NCBI GenBank assembly: GCA_040386535.1
Contig: JAZKFH010000054.1
Span: 1 to 63,702 of the forward strand
DNA length: 63,702 nt
Origin: Myxococcota bacterium
GTDB taxonomy: Bacteria > Myxococcota_A > UBA796 > SXON01
Reading direction: 5' to 3'
Shown: positions 28,478-39,100 of the stretch, piece after piece
Position numbering within the stretch: position 1 is the first letter of the stretch
How the letters are laid out: each line of letters begins with the position of its first letter
The notes under the pieces: model-generated
What the model saw: only the letters and a program-made list of their open reading frames with translations
Databases searched by the model: none
What the model was told of the DNA's origin: nothing
Made by a program: the position numbers and the translations under genes

Positions 28478-29727
28478 CGCACGATCTCGAGGCAGGCCGA
28501 CCGCACGGCCTCGACCATGTGATCGAGGTCCTTGCGGTCGAGGTTCGGGTGCACGGGGATGTGCACCTGCTCGCGCTTCACCGCCGCCGCGTTCGGGCAG
28601 AGGCGCCGGAACGACGGGAACAGCTTGTGATCGGAGCAGTCGTTCATGTAGCCGAACGTCGTGTCCACGCCGCGCTTGAGCAGCGCGCGCATGAGCTGGC
28701 TGCGCTTCTGGTGGTGCACCACGAAGCTCATGTAGATGGGCTCGGCGCCCGCGGGGTAGGTCGGCACCGTGAGGCCGGGCACGTTCGCGAGGTGCTCGTC
28801 GAGGTAGCGGCCGTTGCGGATGCGCGCGCCGTTGAGCGCCTCGATGCGCTCGATCTGCTTCATGCCGACCGCCGCCTGCACCGCGCGCGGGCGGTTGCTG
28901 CGGAAGCTCTTCGGCACCTCGTCGTAGAGCACCTCGGCCTCGCCGAAGCGGTCGTGGATGGGGTCCTTCCCGAGCAGGCCGCCGAGGCGGATCGCCTGGT
29001 GGAGCGTGAAGGGGTACACCATCGGGTGCGTCGCGATCATCATCGCCACGCCGGTCACGGCCTCCTTCCTCGCCTTCTTGAAGTCGGCGGGGGTGGACGT
29101 GTCGATCTCGTTGCGGACGAACTTCGCCACCGCGTCGTCGTTGGTGGTGATCATCGCGCCCGAGAGCGTCGTGATGTTCTTGGTGAGGCCGAACGTGTAG
29201 TACGCGGCGTCGCCGAGGTTGCCGACGCGGATGCCCTTGTACTTGGCGCCCGTGGACTGCGCGCAGTCCTCGATCACCTTGATGCCGTGCTTCTTGGCGA
29301 TGGCGTTGATCGCGTCCATGTCGCAGGGCGTGCCGTACAGGTGCGTGGGCACCACGGCCTTGGTCTTCGGCGTGATGGCCTTCTCGAACTCGGCGGGGTC
29401 GAGCACGTGGGAGGTCAGGCCGATGTCGGCGAAGACGGGGCGCACGCCCGCGGTGACCGCCATCGAGGGGATGGCGAAGTAGGTCAGGCCGGGGATGATG
29501 ACCTCGTCCCCGGGGCCGATGCCCATGGCGCGGAGCAGGAGGTAGAACGCGTACCGTGCGCTCGGCGTCATGATCGCGTGCTTCGCCCCGATGTAGGACG
29601 CGAATTCCTTCTCGAAGCCGCGCACGGCGGGCTCGTCTTCCGGCGGGACCGCGAGGAAACGCGCCGCGATGAGCGCCTCGGCGGGGGAGAAGCTCGGGCT
29701 GAAGCGGGGGATTCGACCGAAATACAT
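28474..29727 (-). CDS. DegT/DnrJ/EryC1/StrS family PLP aminotransferase
   Basis: IGPGDEVIIP, PVFADI, HLYG.PCDM, IEDCAQS, TFGLTKN (catalytic Lys). Confidence 0.92.
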   Translation of the reverse strand: MYFGRIPRFSPSFSPAEALIAARFLAVPPEDEPAVRGFEKEFASYIGAKHAIMTPSARYAFYLLLRAMGIGPGDEVIIPGLTYFAIPSMAVTAGVRPVFADIGLTSHVLDPAEFEKAITPKTKAVVPTHLYGTPCDMDAINAIAKKHGIKVIEDCAQSTGAKYKGIRVGNLGDAAYYTFGLTKNITTLSGAMITTNDDAVAKFVRNEIDTSTPADFKKARKEAVTGVAMMIATHPMVYPFTLHQAIRLGGLLGKDPIHDRFGEAEVLYDEVPKSFRSNRPRAVQAAVGMKQIERIEALNGARIRNGRYLDEHLANVPGLTVPTYPAGAEPIYMSFVVHHQKRSQLMRALLKRGVDTTFGYMNDCSDHKLFPSFRRLCPNAAAVKREQVHIPVHPNLDRKDLDHMVEAVRSACLEIVR

Positions 29728-29902
29728 GGCTGTCCAGGGGACGGGTGCGCGCGTCCTCTACCGAGGATGCGTCGGGAATTCAAGGCGCCGGGCGAGCTAC
29801 GGAGGCCCGCGACCGAGCGGGCCTCGTGGGAAGCCGCACGGGATCACACGCTACAGCAGGCCGGGGCCCGTGTCGCGTATGCGGGGCCACGCTCCGCCCC
29901 TT

Positions 29903-30553
29903 CTACCCCCCGACCTTGTGGTATCGGGCAACGGCCGACGTCACCACCGACGAGAGGTCGCCCGGCTGCGACACGCCGGCCCCGAGGTCGCGCAGGAGGC
30001 CGTCGGAGATGTCGTAGACCCAGGGGTGCACGGAGAGCTGCTGGCCGCGCTCCCACGCGTCCTGCACCACCGTGGTCTGCGCGACGTTGATCACCTGCTC
30101 GATGACGTTGAGCTCGCACAGGCGGTCCTGGCGCAGCTTGTCGGGCAGCTCTTCGCCGAGGTGACGCTCGTGCTTCTGGTGCACGTCCTGCACGTGCCGG
30201 AGCCAGTTGTCGGCGAGGCCCACGCGACGCCGCATCAGCGCCGCGTGCACGCCCGAGCACCCGTAGTGGCCGCATACGATGACGTGCTTGACGCGCAACA
30301 CGTCGATCGCGAACTGCAGCACGGACAGGCAGTTCAGGTCGGTGTGGATGACGACGTTCGCGATGTTGCGATGGACGAAGAGCTCGCCGGGCAACAGGCC
30401 CAACAGCTCGGTCGGCGGGATGCGGCTGTCGGAGCACCCGATCCAGAGGTACTCGGGAGACTGCCGGGCGGCGAGCTTCTCAAAGAAGTGCTTGTCCCTG
30501 GCGACGATGTCGGCCGCCCACTTGCGGTTGTTCAGGAACAGTTGCTCCAGCAT
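29903..30553 (-). CDS. can: Beta-carbonic anhydrase
   Basis: WIGCSDSR, ELFVHRNIAN, VCGHYGC, ELNVIEQV; GGAGG RBS. Confidence 0.95.
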   Translation of the reverse strand: MLEQLFLNNRKWAADIVARDKHFFEKLAARQSPEYLWIGCSDSRIPPTELLGLLPGELFVHRNIANVVIHTDLNCLSVLQFAIDVLRVKHVIVCGHYGCSGVHAALMRRRVGLADNWLRHVQDVHQKHERHLGEELPDKLRQDRLCELNVIEQVINVAQTTVVQDAWERGQQLSVHPWVYDISDGLLRDLGAGVSQPGDLSSVVTSAVARYHKVGG

Positions 30554-30689
30554 GTGGCGCCTCCGCGGGGTCTTGTCCAGGTCTGCGCTTGGCATGGCCG
30601 GCCCCCTTACACGGACGGGAATCGGGGGCACGCGGGCGCCCGTAAAGGGATCGCCAAGCATGAGGATGGGGTGAGATTTCCCAAGGGCC

Positions 30690-31550
30690 TCATCCCACCG
30701 CGAGCGCCACGACCCCCATCACCACCAGCGCGGACGCGACGAGCCGCCGGGCGCCGTCGCCCTCCTTCAAGAGGCGCGCGCCCAGCCAGGCGCCGATGAG
30801 CAGGGAGACCTCCCGCGCGGGCGCCACGTGGCTCACCGGCGCGAGCTGCATCGCGTAGAGGACCAGGATGTAGCCGGCGGGCCCCAGGATCGCGACGCCG
30901 AGCGCCTCGCGCCAGTAGCGCGCGATCTCGACGCGGAGCCCGGCGCGGTGCCGCCACGTGTCGGGCGAGAGGAGCGCCACCCGGAAGGCGTTCCCGGCGT
31001 AGTCGATGAAGATGGGCGAGAGCGCCAGCACCTTGACCGACCACCCGTCCCACAACGTGTAGCTCGCGACGAAAACCCCCGCGAGCACCGCCTCTCGGAT
31101 GCCCCGGCGATCCGCGCCGCCGCGGAACACCGCCGTCCCGCCCGCCAGCAGGAACACGCCCCCGACCACCGCGAGCGCCCCCGCCGCGGCGACGAGCGAG
31201 GGGGCCTCGCCGAGCAGCACCAGCGCGCCGACGAAGGAGAGCAGCGGCCCCACGCCGCGCACGAGCGGGTAGACGAGCGAGAGGTCGCCGGCACGGTAGG
31301 CCCGCTGGAGCGCGATGGAGTAGGCGGCGTGCAACACCGCGGTGCCGACGAGCGCGCCGATGTGCACGCCGTCGAACACCGGGCGCGTGACGACGAGCAC
31401 CCCCACCACCACGGGCGCCCAGATCCCGACCGCGAGGCACGAGTACATCCAGACGAACCGCTCGGACGCGGCGGCGCGCTTCGCGAGCAGGTTCCAGGTG
31501 GCGTGCGTGCACGCGGCCACGAGGACGAGGAGCAGCGCGGAGAGGGGCAC
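30690..31550 (-). CDS. EamA/DMT family transporter
   Basis: HATWNLLAK, AYRAGDLSLVYPL, YTLWDG, VAPAREVS; about 10 TM segments. Confidence 0.9.
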   Translation of the reverse strand: MPLSALLLVLVAACTHATWNLLAKRAAASERFVWMYSCLAVGIWAPVVVGVLVVTRPVFDGVHIGALVGTAVLHAAYSIALQRAYRAGDLSLVYPLVRGVGPLLSFVGALVLLGEAPSLVAAAGALAVVGGVFLLAGGTAVFRGGADRRGIREAVLAGVFVASYTLWDGWSVKVLALSPIFIDYAGNAFRVALLSPDTWRHRAGLRVEIARYWREALGVAILGPAGYILVLYAMQLAPVSHVAPAREVSLLIGAWLGARLLKEGDGARRLVASALVVMGVVALAVG

Positions 31551-31666
31551 GGGGGCCGTCTATGACGGGCCGGCGCGCGACGGCAGCACCCAACCTTGAG
31601 CCGAGTTCGAGCCAATTGTGCGGGCGGCGCCCCGTTAGGCGGGCGTATCGCCCCCGGACGCCGCGC

Positions 31667-34600
31667 ATGCTCCCTCTCCTCGTCACCCTCCTGGCCTGCA
31701 CCGGCGACACGAAGGAGGACACCGCCCCTCCCGTTGCCCCCGAGGACGACTGCGCGGCCGAGGACGCGACCGGCTGGTACTACGACGGAGATGGCGACGG
31801 CTACGGGAACGCGGGGGCGACCGTGACCGCTTGCGACGCGCCGGCCGGCTACGTGGCCGACGCCAGCGACTGCAACGACGGCGACGCGCTCGCCTCGCCC
31901 GTCGGGTTCGAGAGCTGCGACGGCGCCGACAACGACTGCGACGGCACCGTGGACGAGGACGGTCCGACCCCCTGGTACCCGGACGGCGACGGGGACGGGT
32001 ACGGCCGCGCGACCGACTCCGTGACGGCTTGTGGTGCGCCGACCGGGCACGTCGTGCTCTCGACCGATTGCGACGACGGCGCGGTCGCCATCCACCCGGG
32101 CGCGGCCGAGGTCTGCGACGGGGTCGACAACGACTGCGACGCCACGGTCGACGAGGCCGGCGGGGCCACATTCTACGCGGACGCGGACGGCGACGGCTAC
32201 GGGGACGCGGGCGTCGTGACCACCGGGTGCGCGGTGCCCGCGGGGTACGTGGTCGACGCCGCGGACTGCGACGACGCTGCCGCTGGCACGAGCCCCGCCG
32301 CCACCGAGGTCTGCGACGGGCTCGACAACAACTGCGACGGCGCGGTGGACGACTCCGGCGGCGCCCTGGCCTACGCCGACACCGACGGCGACGGTCACGG
32401 CGACCCCGCGACGTCCACGACGAGCTGCGAGCTGCCCCCCGGCTACGTCGCGTCGTCCGACGACTGTGACGACGGCGACGCGACCTTCTCGCCCTCCGCG
32501 TCCGAGACCTGTGACGACGGCCTCGATCAGGACTGCGACGGAGCCGCCGACGACGCCTGCCCGGCGACCGTGACCCACTGCGGCACGATCGCGGCGGACG
32601 AGACGTGGAGCGGCACCGACGTGCACGAGGTCACCTGCGACGTGTACGTGCAGGGCGCGTCCGCCCCGCTCCTCACCATCGAGGACGGCGCCGTCGTCAC
32701 CTTCGCTCCCGGCGTGGGGCTGTACGTCGGGTACGGCTCCTACGGCGAGCTCTGGATCGACGGCACGACGGACGGGGTCGTCCTCACCTCGTCCGACGCG
32801 CGGCGCCCCGGCCCCGGCGACTGGGAGGGCCTCACGTTCGGCGGCTACGACCGTGGGAGCTGGCTCGAAGGCGCCACGATCGAATACGGCGGCGACAACG
32901 GCTACGGGAACGTGCTCGTGACCGGCACATCCACCGTCACGCTCGTGGACAGCGCCGTCCGCGAGTCCTCCCACGCCGGGGTCTACGTCTCCGGCTCCGG
33001 CGCCGTCGCGATCTCCGGGACCACTGTCGCGGACAACGACGCGCACGGCATCTACCTGAACTGGACCGCGGCGCTCGACGACGCGACGCTCCCGAGCCTC
33101 TCCGGAAACACGATCACGGGCAACGACGGCTACCCGCTGGTGACCCCGGCCGCGTCCGTGAAGGACATCGAGGGCACCAACACCTTCGTCGGCAACACGA
33201 GCGACGCCGTGTACGTCTATTCGAGCACCGTGACGGAGGACTCGACCTGGGCGGGCCTGGACGTGCCGTACTACCTCGTCGGGGACGTGACCTTCGGGGG
33301 CGCCACGCCCCTGACGCTCACCATCGAGGACGGCGCCGAGCTCCAGTTCGCGCCCGGGGCGGGGCTCTCCATCGGCTACACCGGCTACGTCGACCTGCTG
33401 GTGGACGGCCACACCGAGGGCGTCCGGTTCACCTCCGCCGAGCGCACCCCCGGCCCCGGCGACTGGGACGGGCTCTTCCTGGGCGGCTCGGCGTCGGGCA
33501 CGATCGACGGCGCCACCATCGCCTACGCAGGCGGCAACGGCGTCGCCGCGCTGTACCTCTTCTACACGGGCGACGAGGGCAATCCCCTGCGCATCACCGA
33601 CTCGGTCATCGAGGAGAGCTCGACCTACGGCGTGTACGTGAGCCAGGAGGCGGGCCTCGAGATCGACCGCTCCGTGGTGCGCGACAACGCCGACTACGGG
33701 CTCTACGTGCACGACACCGGCACGCTCGCCGGCGACGGCTCCTGTAGCGGCAACACGTTCACCGCCAACGACGTCGGGGTGTCGGTGAGCGCCGGGCAGG
33801 GCGGCTCCTTCGTGGACGACGGCGCCTACACCGGCAACCGCTCGGACGACGTGATCCTCCGCGCCGAGGAGGTGCACGAGGACTTCACGCTCCAGGCGCT
33901 CGACTCCGGCTATCGCGTGACCGGGTACATCACGGTCGCCGACCCGACGACCCGCCCCCACCTCGTCATCGAGGACGGCACCGAGCTCCGCTTCGATCCC
34001 GACGCCGGCATCGGCATCGGCACCGAGCTCTACGGCTCGTTGGATGTGCAGGGCACGGCGCTCGGGGTCACCTTCACCTCGTCGCAGCCGACGCCTGCCC
34101 CCGGCGACTGGTATGGCCTCACCTTCGGCGGATGGAACCAGGCCTCCACGATCCGCGGCGCCACCGTGGAGTACGCCGGGCAGAACGGGTACGGGAACGT
34201 CTACAGCTGGAGCTACTACGGCGGCTCGCTGCTGATCGACGCGTGCACGATCACCGACGGGAGCCAGAGCGGCGTGTACGTGACCACGAACGTCTACGAC
34301 GTGACGGTGACGGATTCGACGCTCTCGGACAACGCCGATCACGGCCTGTACGTGGCCGCGAGCGCAGGGTTGGAGACGACGGGGGCGCCCACCTTCACCG
34401 GCAACACGGTCACCGGGAACGGCCTGAACCCCGTGGTCGTGCCCGCCTCGTCGGCCGATCAGCTCGATTCGAGCTCGACCTACACGGGCAACGGCGACGA
34501 CCGGATCTACCTGCTGTACGGCACCGTCGCGTCCACCACCACATGGCAGGAGCTCGGCCTGCCGTGGAAGGTCGGCGGGAACATCCTCGTGCAGGGAACG

Positions 34601-35002
34601 GCCAGCCCCACGCTCACGATCGAGCCAGGTTCTCGGCTCGAGTTCGAGGTCAATACCCGCCTCACCACTGGCGCGTGGGAGCCCGGGAAGCTCTACGCGA
34701 TCGGCACCGCCTCCGCGCCCATCGTGTTCACCTCCGCCGACACCGTGCCCGCCATCGGCGATTGGGACGGGCTCGTGCTCCACTCGTACGACACCGGGAC
34801 GCTGCTCCAGAACGTCGAGGTCTCCTACGGCGGGGGCTCCGACGGCAACGTCTACATCTACGGGAACGGGCCGCGCGTGGCGATCGTGGACTCGGTGGTG
34901 TCCAATTCGAGCCGCTGGGGAGTGTGCCCCACGGGCGGCGCGACCCCCACGCTCTCCGGGGTCACCTACAGCGGGAACACGTACGGCAACGTCTATTACT
35001 GA
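31667..35002 (+). CDS. Lipoprotein with MopE-like (putative metal-binding) repeats and right-handed beta-helix repeats
   Basis: MLPLLVTLLAC; four DCDD...E.CDG.DNDCDG repeats; four IEDG..F...G...FTS....PGDW.GL modules. Confidence 0.85.
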   Translation: MLPLLVTLLACTGDTKEDTAPPVAPEDDCAAEDATGWYYDGDGDGYGNAGATVTACDAPAGYVADASDCNDGDALASPVGFESCDGADNDCDGTVDEDGPTPWYPDGDGDGYGRATDSVTACGAPTGHVVLSTDCDDGAVAIHPGAAEVCDGVDNDCDATVDEAGGATFYADADGDGYGDAGVVTTGCAVPAGYVVDAADCDDAAAGTSPAATEVCDGLDNNCDGAVDDSGGALAYADTDGDGHGDPATSTTSCELPPGYVASSDDCDDGDATFSPSASETCDDGLDQDCDGAADDACPATVTHCGTIAADETWSGTDVHEVTCDVYVQGASAPLLTIEDGAVVTFAPGVGLYVGYGSYGELWIDGTTDGVVLTSSDARRPGPGDWEGLTFGGYDRGSWLEGATIEYGGDNGYGNVLVTGTSTVTLVDSAVRESSHAGVYVSGSGAVAISGTTVADNDAHGIYLNWTAALDDATLPSLSGNTITGNDGYPLVTPAASVKDIEGTNTFVGNTSDAVYVYSSTVTEDSTWAGLDVPYYLVGDVTFGGATPLTLTIEDGAELQFAPGAGLSIGYTGYVDLLVDGHTEGVRFTSAERTPGPGDWDGLFLGGSASGTIDGATIAYAGGNGVAALYLFYTGDEGNPLRITDSVIEESSTYGVYVSQEAGLEIDRSVVRDNADYGLYVHDTGTLAGDGSCSGNTFTANDVGVSVSAGQGGSFVDDGAYTGNRSDDVILRAEEVHEDFTLQALDSGYRVTGYITVADPTTRPHLVIEDGTELRFDPDAGIGIGTELYGSLDVQGTALGVTFTSSQPTPAPGDWYGLTFGGWNQASTIRGATVEYAGQNGYGNVYSWSYYGGSLLIDACTITDGSQSGVYVTTNVYDVTVTDSTLSDNADHGLYVAASAGLETTGAPTFTGNTVTGNGLNPVVVPASSADQLDSSSTYTGNGDDRIYLLYGTVASTTTWQELGLPWKVGGNILVQGTASPTLTIEPGSRLEFEVNTRLTTGAWEPGKLYAIGTASAPIVFTSADTVPAIGDWDGLVLHSYDTGTLLQNVEVSYGGGSDGNVYIYGNGPRVAIVDSVVSNSSRWGVCPTGGATPTLSGVTYSGNTYGNVYY

Positions 35003-35045
35003 CGACGGCTCCCGCCCCAGCCGCCACCGCGGAGTAGAGGGGGGG

Positions 35046-37055
35046 ATGGCCCTCCCGTTGGCGCTGCTGGCCCTCGCCGCCTGCACCGACCCCAAGGTCG
35101 ACCGCGCGCCCCACGCGCCGTCGGTGATCGTGATCGTGCTCGACGGGGTGCGGTCGGACGAGTTCACGTCGACCTCGGTTTCGGACGTGACCGGCGCGAG
35201 CGGCGAGGCGTTTGCCGCGGAGACGTGGGCCACCGTCGCGCCCGATGCCACCGTGGTCCGCGCCGCGTGGAACACCGGCATCACCATCACCGCGCCCGCC
35301 CACGCCGCGCTCGTCACCGGGCACGTGGAGGCCCTGGCGAACTTCCCGGTGGACACGACGCTCGGGCCCGGTCTCTACCGCCCCACGCTCCCGACGATCT
35401 TCGAGGCCGCGCGCGACCAGCTCGACCTGCCCGAGGAGCAGGTGCTCCTGCTGGCGAACACCGAGCTGCTCGAGCCCATCGAACACGGGCTGTACCCGGG
35501 CCTGGGGGCCGGCGCGGACACCGTGGAGCTGCTCGACGAGGAGGGCCGCCCCACCGGAGAAGACGCCGCCGTGATCGACGCGTTGCTGGAGCGCTTCGAG
35601 ACGCGCCTGCCGCGGCTCGCGGTGGTGAACCTCCACGATGTGGACCGCGCGGGCCACTACGGCCGGGGCGACGCCTACGCCGAGGGCGTGACCGTGGTGG
35701 ACGAGCAGGTGGCGCGCCTCTGGGACGCGCTCCAGGCGCAGTACCCGGGGTACACCTCGAGCCTGCTGCTGGTCGTCGTCTCCGACCACGGCCGCCACCA
35801 CCACGACGAGGACCAGGGCTGGCACAACCACGGCGATTCCTGTACCGGGTGCCGCGAGGTGCCGCTGATGGTGGTCGGCGGCGGGGGCGCGGCGGGGGAG
35901 GTGTTCGACGAGCGGGTGACGGCGCTCGATATCGTCCCGGCGCTGGCCGCGCACCTCGGCATCACGATGCCGTGGGCCGAGGGGCTGCCGAGCCCGACGG
36001 TGTTCCCGGGCTTCGACGGGAGCGTACGCACCGGCGACGTGGCGCTCGCGACCGACGGCGCCCTCACGGCCGTGCAGCGCTGGCGCGACGATCCGTTGGG
36101 GCGGAGCGAGGTCGTCGTGGGCGGCTCGATCGTCTCGACCGCGGACGCGTTAGCCGCCGAGGCGCCGTCGGTCCTCGCGGGCGAAGCGGGGGGCCGGGTG
36201 TGCTTTCGCGAGCTCGGCAACGAGCCGGTGGACGGCGGGCTTCCCTGGGTCGCGCGGTGCCTCGCCGAAGACGGCGCCGGCGACTGGACCGACATGGGCT
36301 TCCCCGACACCGAGGTGGCGCCGTTCTTCCGCGCCGCGCTGGCCGAGCGCGACGGCGTGACCTGGGCCGCGTGGCCGTTCAACCCCCGCGGCGCCGGCGA
36401 GGCGGGGACCGGCGGCCGCATCGGGCTCACCTTCGCCGGGTGGACCGCCGAAGCGGGGTGGACCGAGGCCGTGAACGCGCAGGCGATCTTCCCCACCGAC
36501 GCCGCAATCGTCGCGACCGACGCCGGGCTCGTCGTCGCGTGTGGGGCGAGCTTCGCCGACCCCGACAGCCGGTACACGCGCCACGTGCGCATCGTGCCCG
36601 TCACGATCACGGACGCGGCGCCGACGGTAGAGGCGGAGGTCAACATCACCCTCGCGGGGCTGCTGGGCGAGGGCGCGCGGGTCGAGCTTCCGGCGCTCGC
36701 CGCGGATGGTGAACACGTGCGCGTCGCGATGGTCGGCATCACGGAAGCGGGCGCCTCGATCGCCGCGGCCACGAGCACCGACAGCGGCCGAACGTGGTCC
36801 GAGGCGGTGGCGCTGCCCGACGGCGGCCCCGCGCTCCCGTACCTGGCCCCGGCCTGGGAGGGCCCCGACGTGGTGTGGGGCACGCTGGTCGACGGTGCCG
36901 CCCGCCTGTGCCGCGCCGCCCCCGGCGACATCGACGCGCGCTGCGTCGACGTGGGCTCGCCGCGCCTCCAGAGCTTCGTGGTCGAGGGGGACGAGGCGAC
37001 GGTCGTGCGGGACGCGGGGAGCGGGGCGTGGGAGACCGCGGTCGTGGAGTGGTGA
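35046..37055 (+). CDS. Alkaline-phosphatase-superfamily (NPP/phosphodiesterase-like) lipoprotein, paralog A
   Basis: LAAC lipobox; LDGVR, TAPAH..L.TG, NLHDVDRAGH, SDHG, WHNHG; Asp-box STDSGRTW. Confidence 0.82.
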   Translation: MALPLALLALAACTDPKVDRAPHAPSVIVIVLDGVRSDEFTSTSVSDVTGASGEAFAAETWATVAPDATVVRAAWNTGITITAPAHAALVTGHVEALANFPVDTTLGPGLYRPTLPTIFEAARDQLDLPEEQVLLLANTELLEPIEHGLYPGLGAGADTVELLDEEGRPTGEDAAVIDALLERFETRLPRLAVVNLHDVDRAGHYGRGDAYAEGVTVVDEQVARLWDALQAQYPGYTSSLLLVVVSDHGRHHHDEDQGWHNHGDSCTGCREVPLMVVGGGGAAGEVFDERVTALDIVPALAAHLGITMPWAEGLPSPTVFPGFDGSVRTGDVALATDGALTAVQRWRDDPLGRSEVVVGGSIVSTADALAAEAPSVLAGEAGGRVCFRELGNEPVDGGLPWVARCLAEDGAGDWTDMGFPDTEVAPFFRAALAERDGVTWAAWPFNPRGAGEAGTGGRIGLTFAGWTAEAGWTEAVNAQAIFPTDAAIVATDAGLVVACGASFADPDSRYTRHVRIVPVTITDAAPTVEAEVNITLAGLLGEGARVELPALAADGEHVRVAMVGITEAGASIAAATSTDSGRTWSEAVALPDGGPALPYLAPAWEGPDVVWGTLVDGAARLCRAAPGDIDARCVDVGSPRLQSFVVEGDEATVVRDAGSGAWETAVVEW

Positions 37056-39055
37056 GGGGCCTGATCCCCCTCGCCCTCCTGGGCGGCTGCTCCAACGGCT
37101 GCGGCCCTGCCGTCGAACCCCTGCCCCCGTCCGTGCTCGTCCTCGTGCTCGACGGCGTGCGCACCGACGAGTTCTCGACCACCACCGAGTCCGACCTGAC
37201 CGGCGTGAGCGGCGAGGCGTACTCGGAGCAGACGTGGAAACGCCTCGCGACGCGCGGCACCGCCGTGCGGGCGGCGATCAACCAGGGCGTCACCATCACC
37301 GCGCCGGCCCACGCCGCGCTCCTCACCGGGCGCCCGGAGCCCTTCGCCAACTTTCCCGTCGAGGCCGACCGCGGCGTCGGCCTCTACCGCCCCGCGCTCC
37401 CGACGATCTTCGAGGCCGCGCGGGTGTCGCTCGGGCTCGGCGAGGACGACGTGGTGCTGCTCGCCAACACCGAGCTGCTCGAGCCGGTCACCGCGAGCCT
37501 CGCGCCGGGGTTCGGCGTGGGCGCGCGCTACGACCTGGTCGTCGACGCCGACCGTGGCGAGCCCGCCAACGACGACGCCCCCGTCATCGACGCGCTCGAC
37601 GCCCTGATCGACGCGGGCCCGCCGCGGATCGTGGTGGTCAACCTCCACGACGCCGACCGCGCCGGCCACGTGGGCGACGGCGACGCCTACCAGGAGGGCG
37701 TGCTCGCGCTCGACGAGCTGCTCGCCGACTTCTACGAGCGGCTCCGAAAGGAGCACCCCGCCTACGTCGAGAGCCTGCTGCTCGTCGTGACCACCGACCA
37801 CGGCCGCCACCGCCACGAGGACGACGACGGCTGGCACAGCCACGGCGACTCGTGTACCGGGTGTCGCGAGGTGCCGATGCTCCTGCTCGGGGGCGCGGCG
37901 ATCGCGGGGGTCGAGCTCGACGGGCCGATCTCCCAGCTCGATCTCGCGCCCACGCTCGCCGCGCACCTCGGGATCCCCCTGCCGTGGGCCGAGGGGCTGC
38001 CGATCGCGGAGGTGGTGCCGGGCGTCGCGCGCACCGGCACGGCGAACATCGTCGCGAGCGGTGAGCACACGGCCGACCAGCGCTGGCTCGGCGGGCGCGC
38101 GGCGCGCAGCGAGGTGCGGGTGGACGGCGCGGTGGTGTCCACGCCGGGCATCTACGCTGCCGAAGCGCCGACGCTGCTCTCCACGGAGGCAGGCGCGTTG
38201 GTGTGCTTCCGCGAGCTCGACGCGGTCGAGGACGCGGGGTTCCTGCCGTGGCGGGCGCGGTGCCTGGCGGAGGGGGACGGCACGTGGATCGAGATGGGGT
38301 TTCCCGACGCCGAGGTCGGGCCCTTCTTCCGCGCCGCGCTGATCGAGCGCGGGCAGCGCACGTGGGCCGCGTGGCCGAACAATCCGCATGCGAACACCGA
38401 GGTGGGCGACGAGGGCGGCGTCGGGCTCGCGATCGCCTCGTGGGCGCCGACGACCGGCTGGACCGACCGGGTGTGGGCGCGCGCGATCTTTCCGACGGAC
38501 GTGGCGCTCGTCGCGACCGAGCGCGGGCTCGTCGCGGCGGTCGGCACGAGCCTGGGCGACCCGGACTACCGCTACACCCGCCGGATCCGCGTGGTGCCGG
38601 TGCTCGTCGGCGAGACCACGATGCAGGTGGACGAGGCCGTCGAGCTCACCCTCGACACCCTCCTCGGCGCGGACACACGGGTCGAACACGCCGCGTTGAC
38701 CGCCACCGGGAACGTCGCGAGCATCGCCATGCTCGGGCGCTCGGAGGTCGCGGTGGTGATTGCCGCCGCCACCAGCGACGACGGCGGCCGCACCTGGGCG
38801 GACGCGGTGGCCCTGCCCGACGGCGGCGCGCCGCTCCCCCACCTCGCGCCCGCGTGGGACGGCGCGTTCGTCGTGTGGGGCGTGCTCGGCGAGAACGGGG
38901 CCGCGTTGTGCCGCGCCAGCCCCGGCGACCCGGCCGCGGACTGCGTGGACATCGGCAGCGACCGGCTCCAATCGTTCTCCGTACAGGGTGGCATCGCGAC
39001 GGTGGTGCGGGACGACGGCGTGGGGGCCTGGGGCACCGGGGTCGTGGGGTGGTGA
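37052..39055 (+). CDS. Alkaline-phosphatase-superfamily lipoprotein, paralog B
   Basis: GTGA overlap; LGGC; the same motifs are collinear with paralog A along its length. Confidence 0.82.
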   Translation: MRGLIPLALLGGCSNGCGPAVEPLPPSVLVLVLDGVRTDEFSTTTESDLTGVSGEAYSEQTWKRLATRGTAVRAAINQGVTITAPAHAALLTGRPEPFANFPVEADRGVGLYRPALPTIFEAARVSLGLGEDDVVLLANTELLEPVTASLAPGFGVGARYDLVVDADRGEPANDDAPVIDALDALIDAGPPRIVVVNLHDADRAGHVGDGDAYQEGVLALDELLADFYERLRKEHPAYVESLLLVVTTDHGRHRHEDDDGWHSHGDSCTGCREVPMLLLGGAAIAGVELDGPISQLDLAPTLAAHLGIPLPWAEGLPIAEVVPGVARTGTANIVASGEHTADQRWLGGRAARSEVRVDGAVVSTPGIYAAEAPTLLSTEAGALVCFRELDAVEDAGFLPWRARCLAEGDGTWIEMGFPDAEVGPFFRAALIERGQRTWAAWPNNPHANTEVGDEGGVGLAIASWAPTTGWTDRVWARAIFPTDVALVATERGLVAAVGTSLGDPDYRYTRRIRVVPVLVGETTMQVDEAVELTLDTLLGADTRVEHAALTATGNVASIAMLGRSEVAVVIAAATSDDGGRTWADAVALPDGGAPLPHLAPAWDGAFVVWGVLGENGAALCRASPGDPAADCVDIGSDRLQSFSVQGGIATVVRDDGVGAWGTGVVGW

Positions 39056-39088
39056 AGTCGCCTACGTGAAACCGTCGCGGCGGGAGGC

Positions 39089-39094
39089 TAAGAT
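39089..39094 (+). promoter_or_regulatory. Putative -10 hexamer TAAGAT, leaderless configuration
   Basis: 6 nt upstream of the def ATG; a GGAGG further upstream is an alternative explanation. Confidence 0.4.
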
Positions 39095-39100
39095 CCGCCC

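Noticed and set aside
30833..35356. 1507-aa minus-strand ORF and other long overlapping ORFs (e.g. 3056-5809, 4935-7892, 10915-13554, 35675-38971)
   Set aside because: Stop-poor shadow frames of high-GC genes with no recognisable motifs, opposite well-supported genes.
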